Counted from the first letter of the stretch, positions 1-15,944 are shown. The stretch: DNA of 64,000 nt from the human T2T-CHM13v2.0 reference genome, Homo sapiens (GCF_009914755.1 NC_060937.1); one strand, 5' to 3'. The notes: a model not told the origin generated them from the letters alone. Program-made: numbers and translations.

Positions 1-3000
1 CATTGTTGGCACCTAAGCACTCCCCTTGGAAGCCTGAGGATAGGCCCACCTAACCTTTGACTACTACCACAGCTGGTACTTCCTGACATGTGTTATTTGT
101 GAACCTGAGGACTGACCTGTTCAGCCCATTTCAGCCACTGCTAAAATCAATGCAGACTACTTGGGAGTCAGAATGTTAACCAGCCACTAATAATGTCAAT
201 ACCACAAGCTAGACCAACCAAGAATAAAATAAAGAAGACCCAAATAAACAAAATCCAAAATGAAAAGGGAGATATTACAGTTGATACTACAGAAATAGAA
301 AAGATAATCAGAGATTATTATGCATAACTATACCCCTCACTGAAAAATCCAGGAAAAAAATGGATAAATTTCTGGACAATTGTTATGAACAACTATATGC
401 TAACAAATGGGAAAATCTAGAAAAAAATGAATAAATTCCTGGACACATAACACCCTCCAAAAATGAATCAGGAAGAAATAGAAAATCTGAGTAGTCCAAT
501 AATGAGTACTGAGATTGAATCAATGATAAAACAAAGTCTCCCAACAATGAAGAGCCCAGGACGAGAGGGCTTTATTGCCAAATTCTACTACACTTACAAA
601 AAGCTAAAACCAGTTCTCCTCAAACTATTCCAAAAAGTCCAGGGGGAGGGAATTCTCCCAAATTCATTCTACGAGGCCAGCATTACACCGATACCAAAAC
701 CAGACAAGGAAACAAAAACAACAATGACCACAAAACTATGTCCCTGATGAACATAGGCACAAAAATCCTCAACAAAGTTCTAGCAAAGCAAATCCAACAG
801 CACGTTAAAGAAAAGTTTACCATGATCGAATGAGAATTATCCTAGGGATACAAGGATGGTTTAACACACACACAAATCAGTAAACATGATAAATCACATA
901 TACAGCATGAAGGACAAAAACCTTTGATCATTTCAATAGACACATGAAAAGAATTTAATAAAATTCAACATCCCTTCCTGATAAAAGCTCTCAACAAATT
1001 AGGAATAGAAGAAATATACACAGAACACATTAGTAGTAGTATAGCCAACTAATCCTATACAACATTTTCCTAGAAGTTCTAGCCAGAGGAATCAAGGAAG
1101 AGAAAGAAATAAAAGACATTCAAGTTGAAAAAGAGGAATTCAAATGTCCCCTCTTTGCTAATGACACTATTATATACCTAGAAAAACTTAAAGATTGGTT
1201 CTCCAAACCCTAAGATTTAATAAATAAATTCAGTAAAGTTGTAGGATAAAAAAATCAATGTACAAAAAATCAGTAGCATTTCTATACATCAATAATGAAC
1301 TAGCTGGGAAAGAAAGCTGAAAAGGAACCATACTTACAATAGCTAAAACAAAAAATACCTAGAAATACATTGAAGGAAGTAAAAGACATTTTAAAAAAGG
1401 TAAAGATCTATTAAAAAGGAGGTAAAATACTTTCAAAAGGGAAACCTACAAAACACTGATAAAAGAAATTGAAGGAGACACAAGGAAATGGAAAAACATT
1501 CCATGCTTATGAATTAGAAAAGTTAATATGGTTATAATGACCATACTACTCAAAGCAATCTACAAATTCAATAAAATATCTATCAAAATAAAAATGACAT
1601 TCTTCACAGAAATAGAAAAAAAATAAAATTCATATTGTACCACAGAAGAGCATGAATAGCCAAAGTAATTCTGAGCCAAAATAACAAAGCTGGAGGCATC
1701 ACATTACCTAACCTCAAAATATATTTCAAGGCTACTGTAACAAAAACAGCAATAAATTGGCACAAAAACAGACACATAAACCAGTGGAACAGAATAGAAA
1801 ACCTGAAAATATATCCATGTATTTACAGCCAATATATTGTCAAGAAAAGCATCAAGAACATCCACTGGGGAAGGGACACCCTATTTAATAAATAGTGCTC
1901 GGAAAACTGGATAAACACCTGATGAAGAATGAAACTGGACCCATATCTCTCACCATAGTCACAGATCAACTGGAGGTGAATTGAAGACTTAACTGTGAGA
2001 CCTGAAACTAAAACTACTAGAAGAAAACAAGGAAAACACTTCAGTACATTGATCTAGACAAAAATTTTATGGCTAAGATATCAAAAGTACAGACAACAAA
2101 AACAGAAACAGACCAATCACAGTATATTAAACTAAAAAGTTTCTACAGAGCAAAGAAACCATAAACAAAGTGAAGAGACTACCTGTTAAATGGGAGAAAA
2201 TATTTGCAAGCTATTGATCTGACAGAAGGTTAGTATCCAGAATAAATGAGAAACCGAAACAATTCAACAGTAAACAAACCAATATTTCCATTAAAAAATG
2301 GGCAAAGGACAACAATAGTCATTTGAAAAATAACTATTTATACAAAATGGTCACCAGGTATATGAAGAAATGCTCAACATTACTAATCTTTACAGAAATG
2401 TAAATTAAAAATACAATGAGATATCATTTTAGCATAGTTAGAATGCTATCACTAATAAAATAAAATATACCAGATGCTGATGAGGATGGAGAGAATAGGA
2501 AACTTTTATACACTGTTGGTGGGAATGTAAATTAGTGCAACCACTATGTAAAAGTAGTATGGATGTTTCTCACAAAACTAAAAACAGAACTACCATATGA
2601 TCCAGCAATGTCTCCACTTGTTTTTTAACCAAAGAAAAGAAATCGGCATATTGAAGGTATACCTGAACCTCCATGTTTATTATAGCACTTGTCACAATAA
2701 CAAAGATATGGAATCAATCTCAGTAGCCATCAGTGGACAAAAGGATGAAGAAAATATGGGTACATATACACAATGAAATATTATTCAGTCATTAAAAACT
2801 AATAAAATAATGTCATGTGCAACAACATTGATGGAACAGGAGGTCATTATGTTAAGTGAAAAAAGCCAGGGACAGAAAGACAAATTTTACATGTTCTCAC
2901 TCATAAGAATGTGAAAAGTTGATCTCATGCAGGGAGAAAGGACAATGATAGACACCAGAGTCTGAAACGGATGTGTGGGTGGGGGTGAATGAAGACAAGG

Positions 3001-3275
3001 CAACTAATGGGTGCAAATATATAGTTAGATAAAGGAATAAGTTCTAATGTTCAATAGCAGAGTAGTGCATGAAAAAATAATGTACTATATTTTCCAAAAT
3101 AACTAAAACAGAGGACTTGAAATGTTCCCAACACATATAAATGATAAATACTCCAGGTGATGGACACCCTAAACCCTCTCACTTGATTATTACAAACTCT
3201 ATGAATGTAATAATATATAACATGTACCTCATAAATATATGCATTTTTGTATATCAATAACAAATAAAAATAACC
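1..3275 (+). mobile_element. Old LINE-1 (L1MA-type): 5'UTR-like segment, decayed ORF2, 3'UTR and A-rich end
   Basis: ORF 463-747 is ORF2-like (SPGREGF..FY..YK..L.P.LLKLFQK...[20 protein letters not shown]). ORF2-like DNA continues to ~2830. L1MA-like 3'UTR (ATAGTTAGATAAAGGAATAAGTTCTAATGTTC...ATATCAATAA) ends ~3270. Confidence 0.9.
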
Positions 3276-4474
3276 CCAAAATTTAAAATACTGGATGTAA
3301 ACAAAAGAGAGTATTTGGTGACTTGATGTTTATTCTAAGTGGGTAGAAAGTTGACAAACTATCAAAATGTCCTAATTATAATTTTTTTGTTAGTTAATAA
3401 CTATTACCACCTTATCGCTTAAAGTTAACAATGCCTAGATCGAATATTCCTTGAAACTTTCATACTCAGAGATATAAATCAAAACCATAACCCTGAGCCA
3501 ATTACCCTGTGATTCCTGTGAATTTAGTATTAATAATTTAACTCTATGTTCTATATTCCTTCTGTATGCCAGTATTCTTACTGGAATGAAATGATGATTA
3601 TTTCTGTGAGTGAGTAGAGTGATAATATGTTTAAAATCTCTTTGTTTTTTCAAAATAGAAAGTAGAACATTTCAATGAGATTAGATTAATGAATGATTTC
3701 TTGTTACTCATGACGGTGTTCGATTTTCCCACTACAAGAATTTGACGTAAGATGCCTGTGCATTTGAGTGATCTATACTCAATGCAAATGTAGACTCAGA
3801 AACAGAGTCAATCTTCTACTTCTTCAGTGATTTTTGCATGTTCATATGCTCATATGCAGTTTTGTGTTTTAGGATGCAGCTTTTAATTTTTATTCTACTC
3901 ATTTTTGATATTTCAAATATCTTGAAAACCAATAATCTATTTACCTGTCTATAAGTTATTTTCCTTTGTAATTAGAAATACTAGTTCGACAATGCAGAAT
4001 AAGAATGAGAATCATTTTTATATTACTACTTTCTTAATCTTGTAAATATACCTATTTCAGTTTTATCATTATAAAGTCCTTAGAAATACCTTTAGGTACA
4101 AAGACAATATTATTCCATCTTTTTTCTTTTAGACAAATAGTTTTCAGTACACTATTCAATTATTCACATTGTAAAGCAGTTATACTTTTTTAAAGAAATT
4201 CTTTACTTGTATTGGAAACCTCTTTGAAAATAATATCCAAATGATTACATTGCACAGTAGTTTTTTATATACTACACAATTAAATAATGCTGCCTATAAT
4301 TTCAAAAAATCCATCATGATAGAAAGAAACCCTAAAATATAGATAAATAAGCAAGAACTAAAACGAATAACTTTGAAAAAGACAGTATAATTAAATGTTT
4401 AGTGACCAATTCTTAGGAAAACATATTTATATTTGCTGCAATAAGGAAACATGTCATATTTTAATACCGAAAAT

Positions 4475-4705
4475 TTATGATATGCCTGGCTCTGTTCTCA
4501 ATTTTTTACATACATTAATTTATATAGCTTTTACAATAATCCAGTGAAGTCCGGTGAAGTAGATTTTATGCTCTCCTTTTTACAAATGGGGAAACTAAGA
4601 AAAATGAGTTATGCAACTTGTCCAACTTCATACAGGAAGAAAAAGAGAGTTGAAAATTATACCCAGATGGTGTGTGCTCTTAACCATTACTCTGCATTGT
4701 CCTTT
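4475..4705 (-). mobile_element. MIR SINE fragment
   Basis: Reverse-orientation MIR core TTTTACAAATGGGGAAACTAAG...GCAACTTGTCCAAC...GCTCTTAACCATTAC. Confidence 0.65.
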
Positions 4706-4882
4706 ATGAGGTGCCTAAATACGTTTTATTCTTCATGCACTTCCCTTTATTTTTAAATTGTTGCTTGGTGTATGAAAATGTGTATTCTTAAGCTTGAAGT
4801 TACATAATTAGTTCAACTGCAGTTTTTTAACAAGTAAAGTCTATTGATCGTACAAACTGATATAAAAACTATAAGCTTGGAA

Positions 4883-5238
4883 TATTATGATTGGGCTCTG
4901 TGTTCCCACACAACTCTCACCTTGAATTGTAATAATCCCAACACGTCAAGGGCGTGAACAGGTGGAGATAATTGACTCATAAGGGCGGTTTGCCCCATGC
5001 TGTTCTCGTGATAGTGAGTGAGTTCTCACGAGATGTGATGTTTTATAAGGGGCTTCCCCTTTCACTTGACTCTCATTTTCTCTCCTGCCACCCTGTGAAG
5101 AGGTGCCTTCTACCATGCTTGTAACTCTCCTGAGGCCTCCCCAGCCGTGTGGAACTGTAAGTCAATTAAACCGCTTTTCTTTATAAATTACCCACACTTG
5201 GGTATTTATTCACAGCAGCATGAGAACAGAGTAATACA
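4883..5238 (+). mobile_element. THE1 (THE1D-like) MaLR solo LTR
   Basis: Contains CCCCATGCTGTTCTCGTGATAGTGAGTGAGTTCTCACGAGAT and TCCTGAGGCCTCCCCAGCC...GTCAATTAAACC. Ends in TAATACA. Confidence 0.9.
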
Positions 5239-6044
5239 GCATAATATATATTAAAATAAATATATGCAATTGGAAAATTTATTTATGTATCTATTATTGT
5301 TTTGAAGGTTTACCTAACACTTTACTATAATTATTAGGAAAACATTGTGCCTCATTAAATGTAAAAAAGTTTATCAAGCCAATGTCAATCTCCAGTGAGC
5401 CATTTATTGTTTGTTATTTAATTTGGGAGTTCATGGCAACACTGTATCATATTTTTATTTTTTGTTTTAATTTTCTTTTGTACTATCTTGACAATTGATG
5501 ATCAAATGACAAAGAAAAGCTCTGTTAAATGTAATTTATATCTGTTATGTGTTTACCTGTTTGTTCTCTTGGAAAAAGACATAGTCCTTACTAAAATGTT
5601 TGTAGCTTGTAATTCACTATGTAATTTTTGGATTGTATCTGTGCTACATGCCAATGGTAGATGGCCCTCTGCTCTCAATCACAGTGCAATTTTACATGAC
5701 CTTCTTTTAGACCCCTCAAAAATATCTTTTTCTTTCTGTACTTAAATTAAGTCAAGATTATTTACATTTTTCACTATGGATTCTGAATAAGGTGATAATA
5801 AATACAAAAACTTTTCCATTTCAGTGTCTCAATCCCCAGTTTTAGTTTTAATGGAAATTATGTGCTTGTTTTCTAGTTATAAGCAAAAATAGGGCAAATT
5901 TCAGCAGAAAATGGCATGGTGTATATCCCAAAATTCTTGGATAATAAATAAATAAATACAAAACCAAGGTAAAAAATTATGTATATTTTTAAGACACAGA
6001 GTCAAGATAAGCCAGTGAAGCATATTGATCAGTGCACAGAAGTT

Positions 6045-6105
6045 TGCTTTCTTTTTCCTTTCTCTTTTTCCTTCCTTCCTTCCTTCCTTCCTTTTTCGCT
6101 TTCTT
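6045..6105. repeat. Short (TTCC)n / pyrimidine-rich tract
   Basis: CTTCCTTCCTTCCTTCCTTCC seen directly. Confidence 0.8.
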
Positions 6106-8654
6106 ATTTAAATTTTGCTTTGTGCAATGTTTCCTTAAATACTTAAAAAGGAAACCAAAGCTGAAATATGAATTGCAAATTAAGAAAGTCTTTTTGAAAA
6201 TCATTAATAGCTCTAAATGTGGCTAACAGTGTATGTGATCAAGTACACAGACATTGGTGAACTTTTAGCATATGATGAAGGGATTTTAACTTTTTTCCTT
6301 GAGTCCCAGAGTGATATCTCTTTTCTTTTTATCTTCCTAGATTTTGCTCCTTGTGTGTTTTTCTGTAAACACCAATCACATGAAATTGAATATCCAGAAG
6401 ATTAGCCATTTCGAAAGTCATATTTCCTGCATTACTAAAATATGCTAATATAGAAAATTCTAAGGGATGTAGTTTTTTTCTTTTTTAATCTTTTGTTCTT
6501 CTCCATTCAAAGTAAATGTCACCACTAAATATTGCAGCATTATTGCAGGTATATTTTATGCATATAGCAAACATTAAACAATGTGATTTAGTTGAACTTT
6601 TCCTAGACTTCCAAGATTGCTTCTAAAGATTGTATAAGGTGAACTCACATTCATGACAGATTTATTAAAGACAAATCATATATTAAATCCTTGGAAGTTA
6701 TATTTTACATTAAAGGTAAATTAAAACCATAAATTAAATGTGTGCACAGATGAACCCAATCTTAGCAAATAGTAATCAGGTACTGTTTAATTTTCCTGTA
6801 GTGGATAGATTCATCAGGATTCACCGAGTTTGTATAGTAATTTTCCATATCCCCCATATATCTAACATTTGCTTCATTAGATTAGGTCTCCTTATAATCA
6901 TCAGGCAAAGCACATTCTTACATTTAGGAGAAAGGATGACATTGCCATCCCAATACTTTAATGTGGAAAACATATATCTGCTATTCTCTATAATAACATA
7001 TTTGGGAAGTCAAATAACCTTAAGAGAGTAGTTTGCTATAATCAACGAAATTCAGTCTATTCCTTAAATACTTAAATAGAGATGTATTTGTGTGTAAATG
7101 TGTATGTAAGTTTTAAATGTATAGATTTTTGTTCAACAAGTGAGGTCTCCAGATGTATAACAATGTTCTAAACACATTTTTGAAATAACTTATGTACCTA
7201 AAAGGTTTTAATATATAATTCAATGATTATAAAGCATGATCAAGCATTATTTGACATAGGTACCTTTTAATGCTTTACATATTATCTGTGTGATCTTTAA
7301 ATTATTAAATCTGTTATCTCTTTATATTTGTTTAATTGATAAATTAATTCTGTAACCACTGTATTATTTCCGATTAAACATTATTGTATATATTTTTATC
7401 AGAAAGTGTGATTGAGGTTTTGCAATTTTGTTTTTTGTTTGTTTATTCTATCCTGAGTTAGAATGTTAATTATGGTATACAATTATTTCTGAGATAAGGC
7501 ATAAACTTAATAACATTTTTGGCTACCAGGCAAGAAACTATGAATTCACTTACTGGCTTATAAGTAGTACAATACTATAATGTAACAGTGTAAAGCCAAA
7601 CCTATATTTTCTAGAGATTGTTCTGAATTCTAATTTTGATCATAAATGGGTTTGTTTCAAATATTGTGTGAGTTTAGAATCACAACTACATGGATATAGG
7701 AATATATTATATTACACAAAGAAAGAAATGTAATGGCTAATACTTCTTGACATATTCACAAGTAAATGCTGGCAAGTTTAATGCAAACTTTCCCTCTCCA
7801 TATTAAATACTGCATGTAAAACACATGGGTAAATGCTACAGGTCAATAGATTTGCACAATCCTAATTCTTTAAGAAAATTTCAATGGATTTTGTAGTACA
7901 AGTGGTTTTTGGTTACAAGGATGAATTATATAGTGATCCATTCTGAGATTTTAGTGCATCCATCACCAAAGTAGTGTACATTGTACCTAATGTGTAGTTT
8001 TGTATCCCTTGATCCTCTTCCAGCCTCCCCTGTCTGAGTCTGTAAATTCCATTGTAACATTTGGTATGCCTTTGCCTACTCATAGCTTAGCTCCCACTTG
8101 TAAGTGAGATCATACAGTCTTTGGTTTTCCACTTCTGTGTTACCTCACTTAGAATAATGGCTTCCAGCTCCATCCAAATTACTACAAATAACATTATTTT
8201 GTTTCTTTTTAATGGCAGAGTAGTATTCTATTGTGTATATATAGCATATTTCCCTTATCCACTCATTAGGCCACAGGCACTTAAATCGGTATATTTGCAA
8301 TTGTGAATTCTGCTGCTATAAACATAAGTGTACTAGTGTCTTTTTCTATAATGACTTATGTTCCTTTAGGTAGATACCCTGCAGTGGGATTGCTGAATTG
8401 AATGGTAGATCTACTTTTAGTTCTTTAAGGAATCTCCATATTGTTTTCCATGGATGTCATACTAATTTATATTCCCATTGGCAGTGTATAAGTGTCCCCT
8501 TTTTATACATCTATGCCAACATTTATTGTTTTTTTGACTTTTTAATAATGGCCATTTTTGCAGGAGTAAGGTGGTATCTCATTGTGGTTGCATTTCCCTG
8601 ACGATCAGTGATGTTGAGCATATTTTCATATATTTGTTGGCCATATGTATATCT

Positions 8655-9018
<364 letters not shown>

Positions 9019-9148
9019 ATATCTTGAGAAATGTCTGTTAATGTCTTTTGCCCACTTTTTAATATAATTGATTGTTTCTTTTCTTGGAGATTTGTTTGAG
9101 TTCCTTATAGATTCTGGATGCTAGTCCTTTCTTTGATGCATCATTTGA

Positions 9149-9558
<410 letters not shown>

Positions 9559-11592
9559 AGTGCAGAAACTTCAGTTTATTTAGGTTCCATTTATTTATTT
9601 TTGTTTTGTTTTACTTAATTTGGGGGTCTTAGTCACGAATTCTTTGCCTAGGACAACTCTAGAAAAGTTTTTCTAGCAGTGTCTTTTAGAATTTTTATGG
9701 CTTCAGGCCTTATATTTAAGTCTTTGATTCATCTTGAGTTGATTTTTGTATATGGTGAGAGATAAGGATTCAGTTTCATTCTTCTACATGAGGCTTGCCA
9801 GTTTTCCCAGCCACCATTTATTGAATAGGGTGTCCGTTCCCCAATTTATGTTTTTGTATGCTTTGTTGAAGATCAGTTGGCTGTATGTACTTGGTTTTAT
9901 TTCTGGGTTCTTTATTCTGTTCCACTGGTCTATGTGCCGACTTTTATAGCAGTACCATGCTGTTTTGGTTAACTATAGCCTTGTAGTATAATTTGAAGAT
10001 AGGTAATGTAATGCCTCCAGATTTATTCTTTTTGCTTATTATTGCTTTTGCTTTTGGGGCTCTTTTTTGGTTCCATATGAATTTTAGGATTGTTTTTTCT
10101 AATTCTGTGAAAAATAGTCTTGGTATTTTGATAGGAATTACATTGAGTGTGTAGATTCCTTTGGGAAGTATGGTAATTTTCACAATATTGATTCTTTTAA
10201 TCCATAAGCATGGAATGCATTTCTATTTTTTGTGTCTCCCATAATTTCTTTCAGAAGTGTTTTGTAGTTCTCCTTCTAGAGCTCTGTCACCTCCTCACGT
10301 AGGTATATTTCTAGGTAGTTTTTTTTTTGGCAGCTGTTGTAAAAGGGATTGAGTTCTTAATTTGATTCTCAGCTTAGTGATTGCTGGTGTGTAGCAGTGC
10401 TACTGATTTGTGTACATTCATTTTGTAACCTGAGACTTTAGTGAATTCATTTATCAAATCTAAGAGTCTTTTGGCAAAATCTTTAGTTTTTCTAGCTATA
10501 CAATCATATTACCTGCAAACACCATTAGTTTTACTTCCTCTTTTTCTAATTTGGATGCCCTTTATTGCTTTATCTTGCCTAATTGCTCTGGCTAGTACTT
10601 CCAGAACTAAGTTGAATAGGAGTGGTAATAGTGGACATCCTTGTCTTGTTCTTGTTCTCGGGAGGAATGCTTTCAACTTTCCTCCATTTAGGATGATATT
10701 GACTGTGGGTTTGTCATAAGTGACTTTTATTATTTTGAGGCAGGTCCCTTCTATGCCTAGTTTGTTGAGAGTTTTTATCATAAAGGGGTGCTGGAGTTTG
10801 TTAAGTGTTTTTTTCTGCATCTATTGAGATGACTATATAATTTTTAATTTAATTTAATAATAAATCATTTTAATTACTTTTAATTATTGAAATAAATTAT
10901 TAATAATTAATGAATTAATTTATTTGATTTATAATTTTTGTTTTATATTCTGTTTAAATGATGCATCGGGTTTATTGTCCTGTGTATATTAAACAATCCT
11001 TGCATCCCTGGGATGAAAACTATCTGGTCATGTTGAACTACATTCTCTCATTTCTTCCTTTCTCCTTCTCTTCTTCCTTCTCTCCTTCCACTTCTCATAC
11101 CCTCTTCCAATCCCCTCACTTTTACTTTCTCTTCTTTCTTTTCTGTTTTTATTAATTTAAAATAATAATCTGGAGCAAATACAGGTGGTACACACTACAA
11201 GGTCTGGTTTTCTCTAATTTTATATATCCCTCAATATAGCATGATTAGAAATAAATCATCAAAATTCTAAAATTAGAACAATGCACCCTAATTAGTAACT
11301 ATGAAAACTGGCAGATTAGTAAAACTATCTTAATATAATTTTAGGAGAGAAACTCAGAAGAGATAACCTTTGAAATGTACTTTAAGTTTATATTCTGAAC
11401 CTTAAACCTCCAAGTGAAATATCACAATATTCTTCTTTATGGCTACTTAAATAGATAGTAAACATTCCCCAAACTGTATAGTGTTAGATTTGATTGGGAG
11501 AGACTAATGGCTCCTTGAACTGACTATTTCTCCTAAACTTAGAAAGATGAAAAAATAATTTTTGATTATCAGTCTGTTATATTATGGGCACC

Positions 11593-11867
<275 letters not shown>

Positions 11868-11879
11868 CGCACCTCTTTA

Positions 11880-12043
11880 GTCTTCTGCGTTATCCTTCCT
11901 TCTTTATTTCCTGTCTTCCTATCCTCCCTCCCTCTTCCTTCCTTTCTTTTCCTTCCTTCCTTCCTTCCTCTCTTTCTTTTCTTTCTTCCTTTCCTTCTTT
12001 CTTTCGTTTCTTTCCCTTTCTTTCTTTCGTTTCTTTCCCTTTT

Positions 12044-12137
<94 letters not shown>

Positions 12138-12330
12138 TTCTTTCTTTCTCTTTCTTTCTTTCTCTCTCTCTCTCCTTCCTTCCTTCCTTCTTTCCTTCCT
12201 TCCTTTCTCCTTTCTCTTTCTTTCTCCATTTTTTCTTTTTGTTTTCTCTTTTCCTTCCCTTTTCTCTTTTCTTTCTTCCTTCCTTCCCCTTATTTTATTT
12301 TATTATTTTTATTTTATTTTACTTTATTTC
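11880..12330. repeat. Compound polypyrimidine microsatellite (TTTC)n/(TTCC)n/(TC)n/(TTTTA)n
   Basis: Seen directly. It generates the spurious 183-aa and 166-aa ORFs. Confidence 0.97.
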
Positions 12331-12889
12331 ACTGATCCTGCCTAAAACTTAATTCATTTTCAAAACTAAAATCTATGGCATGTGAGGACTAATAAGCATT
12401 TAGTGTTTTCTATAATAAATGTTTATACTATATGCACACACATCCTTTTACTTGAGAAAATATAATTAAGGATTATTTTTGTTCCTTTAATGTGGTTTTA
12501 CTGTCTTCTGTTTTATAGAAGATCACTGAGTTAATCACATGAATTGTCTGTATGATAAAGTCAGTATTGATATCTGTTTTTTACACAGTAAATGAGCACA
12601 AAATTATAATGTATTAATAATTTTTCTGAGGTCAGGTATAAGGTTTGAGTGCCAGTTGCTAACATAGTAGGGATTAAATTTATTATAGTCTTCCTAATAA
12701 ACATCCACTTCCTTTTAATATGAATACACAACTGACTTAGACTCCCAGAATTCATGAATTATATACTAGCCTGAAAATGGCTATAAGAATTATGTAACAT
12801 TAAAACAATTTACTGAAATTTATACTTCACCTACTTTTACTCAAAAATGCTAGAGGCTTTGGGATTTGATTTGTATTTGCCTTAAGGTT

Positions 12890-13221
12890 TCCCCTCCCTC
12901 TCTGAGGGTTTCACATGTATTAATTCAACCAGTGGTGGACCAAAAATGTTTGGAAAAATAGTGAGTGGTTGTGTTTGTACTGAAAATGTACAGATTTTTT
13001 TCTTATCATTATATCCTAAAAAATAAAGTACAAAAAACAATTTATGTAACATTTACATTGTGTTAGATATTATAAATAATCTAGAGATGATTTAAAGTAT
13101 AGAAGATATGCATAGGTTTTATGCAAATACTGCATGATTTCATGTAAGGAAACTTATCTGGATTTTTGTATCTGCAGGGGTGCCTGAAGCCAATCTTCCC
13201 TGAATACCTAGGGATGACTGA
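12890..13221 (+). mobile_element. Tigger3a/MER7-like DNA transposon relic (TcMar-Tigger)
   Basis: Contains GTACTGAAAATGTACAGA, ACATTTACATTGTGTTAGATATTATAAATAATCTAGAGATGATTTAAAGTATA and terminal ATACCTAGGGATGACTG. Confidence 0.85.
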
Positions 13222-13479
13222 ACTTGCTTTCCCATGGGCAAATTATTTTACCTCTTTGATTTTATTCTCGGTATCTCTATGTAGTATATTAGGTTATTTT
13301 TTTCCTGGCATAATTGTTATGAGATAAATTAGAATATATAAATACCAGAATTGCAGTCATATAAATGATATTCAATGATGGCAAGATTAGGTTTGCCTCT
13401 CTGTAATGATCTATATTTATCTGCCTACCCCAAATATGGTCGTATTAACTATATTTTTAGTTACCCAAGTTATCCACTG

Positions 13480-13595
13480 GTAAACTATAAGCACTTGAAA
13501 AAGACATCTGCCTGTCTAACTCATCCTTGAATCCCCAGTGCTTGCATTTTAGTAGATATCTGACAACCAGTGAAAATGCAATGAACATTTACTAA
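13480..13595 (+). mobile_element. L2 3'-end fragment
   Basis: AACTATAAGCACTTGAAA...GAATCCCCAGTGCTT resembles the L2 3' end. Confidence 0.45.
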
Positions 13596-13884
13596 ATAAA
13601 TAATAATTATAAATCATATATACTTTCTCTATGTTCTACAATGCTAAAGAGGCAATATCCTACTTACAAATCTAAGAGTGAATGTAATCCTATAAACGTT
13701 AAAAAGATAAAACTGCTTAATATAATATCCAATTAAAGCAATTGAAAATCAAGTATAAACAAATTTAATAATATATTGAGATGGCCATTTTAAATTTACT
13801 TTTATAACATTACAGCTACTTTTATACATTTTATAATTACCCCTGTTTTAAAACATCTAAAGAAATCGACAATTCTGATGTTAA

Positions 13885-13972
13885 AAATACATCACTAGGA
13901 AGTGGCAGAGCTGAGATTGAGCTGTGGCTATACAGTCCAAAATCTGTGTTCTTATTCTCCATACTAAACTGT
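13885..13972 (-). mobile_element. MIR fragment
   Basis: CTAGGAAGTGGCAGAGCTGAGATTGAG...TCCAAAATCTGTGTTCTT. Confidence 0.55.
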
Positions 13973-15551
13973 GTCTCTGCCCACCATATTGCATTGGGTC
14001 CAGTGAAGTGACTAAATTCATATGCTCATCCAAAAATATAACCAGTTTTCTTGGCTCCTAGGTCAAAGATAAATTGTGCTCTCTCTGCTGAAGTCTTAAA
14101 TACTTCAGAGATTTAGATATTTGATATTTAAATACTAACCGTTATTTCAGTAGTTAATATTTAAATATTTAGTTTGATATTAACAAGATATTGTTCTGGG
14201 GTTTAAGATTTGAAAAAAAATTTTACTTGGGCATTTTATTTATGAATAGGTATTTTATCAGATATACCATTCACTTGTTGCTTTTTTTATATCTATAGTA
14301 CAAACACTATAACGTCTAAATCTTTATATCACACATTTCCATAGAACAAAATTTAATAAAGGTTAATATATGCTGATTACCTCTGGCATTTATTTAGTTT
14401 ATTTTATTTCAATGCCTTCATTACAAACGTGATGTTAATGTACTGTATTCCTTCAGATTGCCAAATATTTATAGAACAACTTTTGAGAATTGTGACAATG
14501 CTAAGCACTAAAGATTTAAAAATGAATGGCCTGTTTTCTCCATTTTTTCCTGTTTTTGTTTTTGTTTTGTAGAATGTAGTAGTATATTCTATTGGGGTAC
14601 ACATTAGCATATAATTATTACCTAATTGCATTGTATAAAATATATGAATATAGATTATCAATAACACATAAATATATTTAGAGTGATTGGAGTAGCACAT
14701 AGGGGAGAAGAGACTTGAATTGTGGATCAGCAGAACTAAGACTTAGTCGCTTTCCCTTTAGCTTGTTGTGAAACTTAACAAATATTTTCAGTTGATCAAA
14801 TATCTTTAATCATTAAACATTTGTCCAATACTGAAAACAGCTAATATTTCTTTGGAAGCTTTACTTTATGTAAAAACCTACTCTTGCTTCTTCCATGAAT
14901 ATGAAGATCCGAATGAGTGAAAAATAAAGCCTCAGAGGTAGTACATAAAGAGAGCATAGCATCACAAAAATCATATTAGTGTGTTCTACCCCCTGCTAGT
15001 TAATGCGTTCAGTACAGAAATCACAATACAATTTTCAAAGATCCCAGAGGAAAAAAAGGCATAATTGTCTGAAACATGATTGAAAAATGGAAAAGGCAGC
15101 ACAGGAATTCAGCTACCTACATGAGAAATATAATTTTTTTAATTTTTTTCCATTACTAATTTTTTCCCCCACATTACTAGTTTTTGTTAAGGTAGAAACT
15201 ATCAATGAAAATAAAGTGTCAAAACATTTCAAGGTGAGATTTTACAATGCAAAACCAAACTGCCCTGGAAAATGTTGACGCTTTTGCTTCTGCCTTTGAT
15301 CTAGATGGGGATAAAATAACATGGATCAGGGCAATAGGAGTGGGGGTGGTGAGGCATTTCCACTGAAGTAAGTGAATGAAATTGTGGAGTAAAATCGGAA
15401 AGCTTTCCCCATGATAAATTAATTCCCTTGCATTGAAAGGGTATAGACCTGCTTCTACTGAAATAACATTTTAGTATATTTATCACAAAGTTTGGCAAAG
15501 ATATTAAATTAAAATATATTTTCCCTAAATAAATGCCCCTTCCCCCTCTGA

Positions 15552-15944
<393 letters not shown>

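Noticed and set aside
6738-7031. 97-aa ORF in apparently unique DNA, and its reverse frames
   Set aside because: No recognisable domain, a stop in the best reverse frame, and no convincing splice pair.
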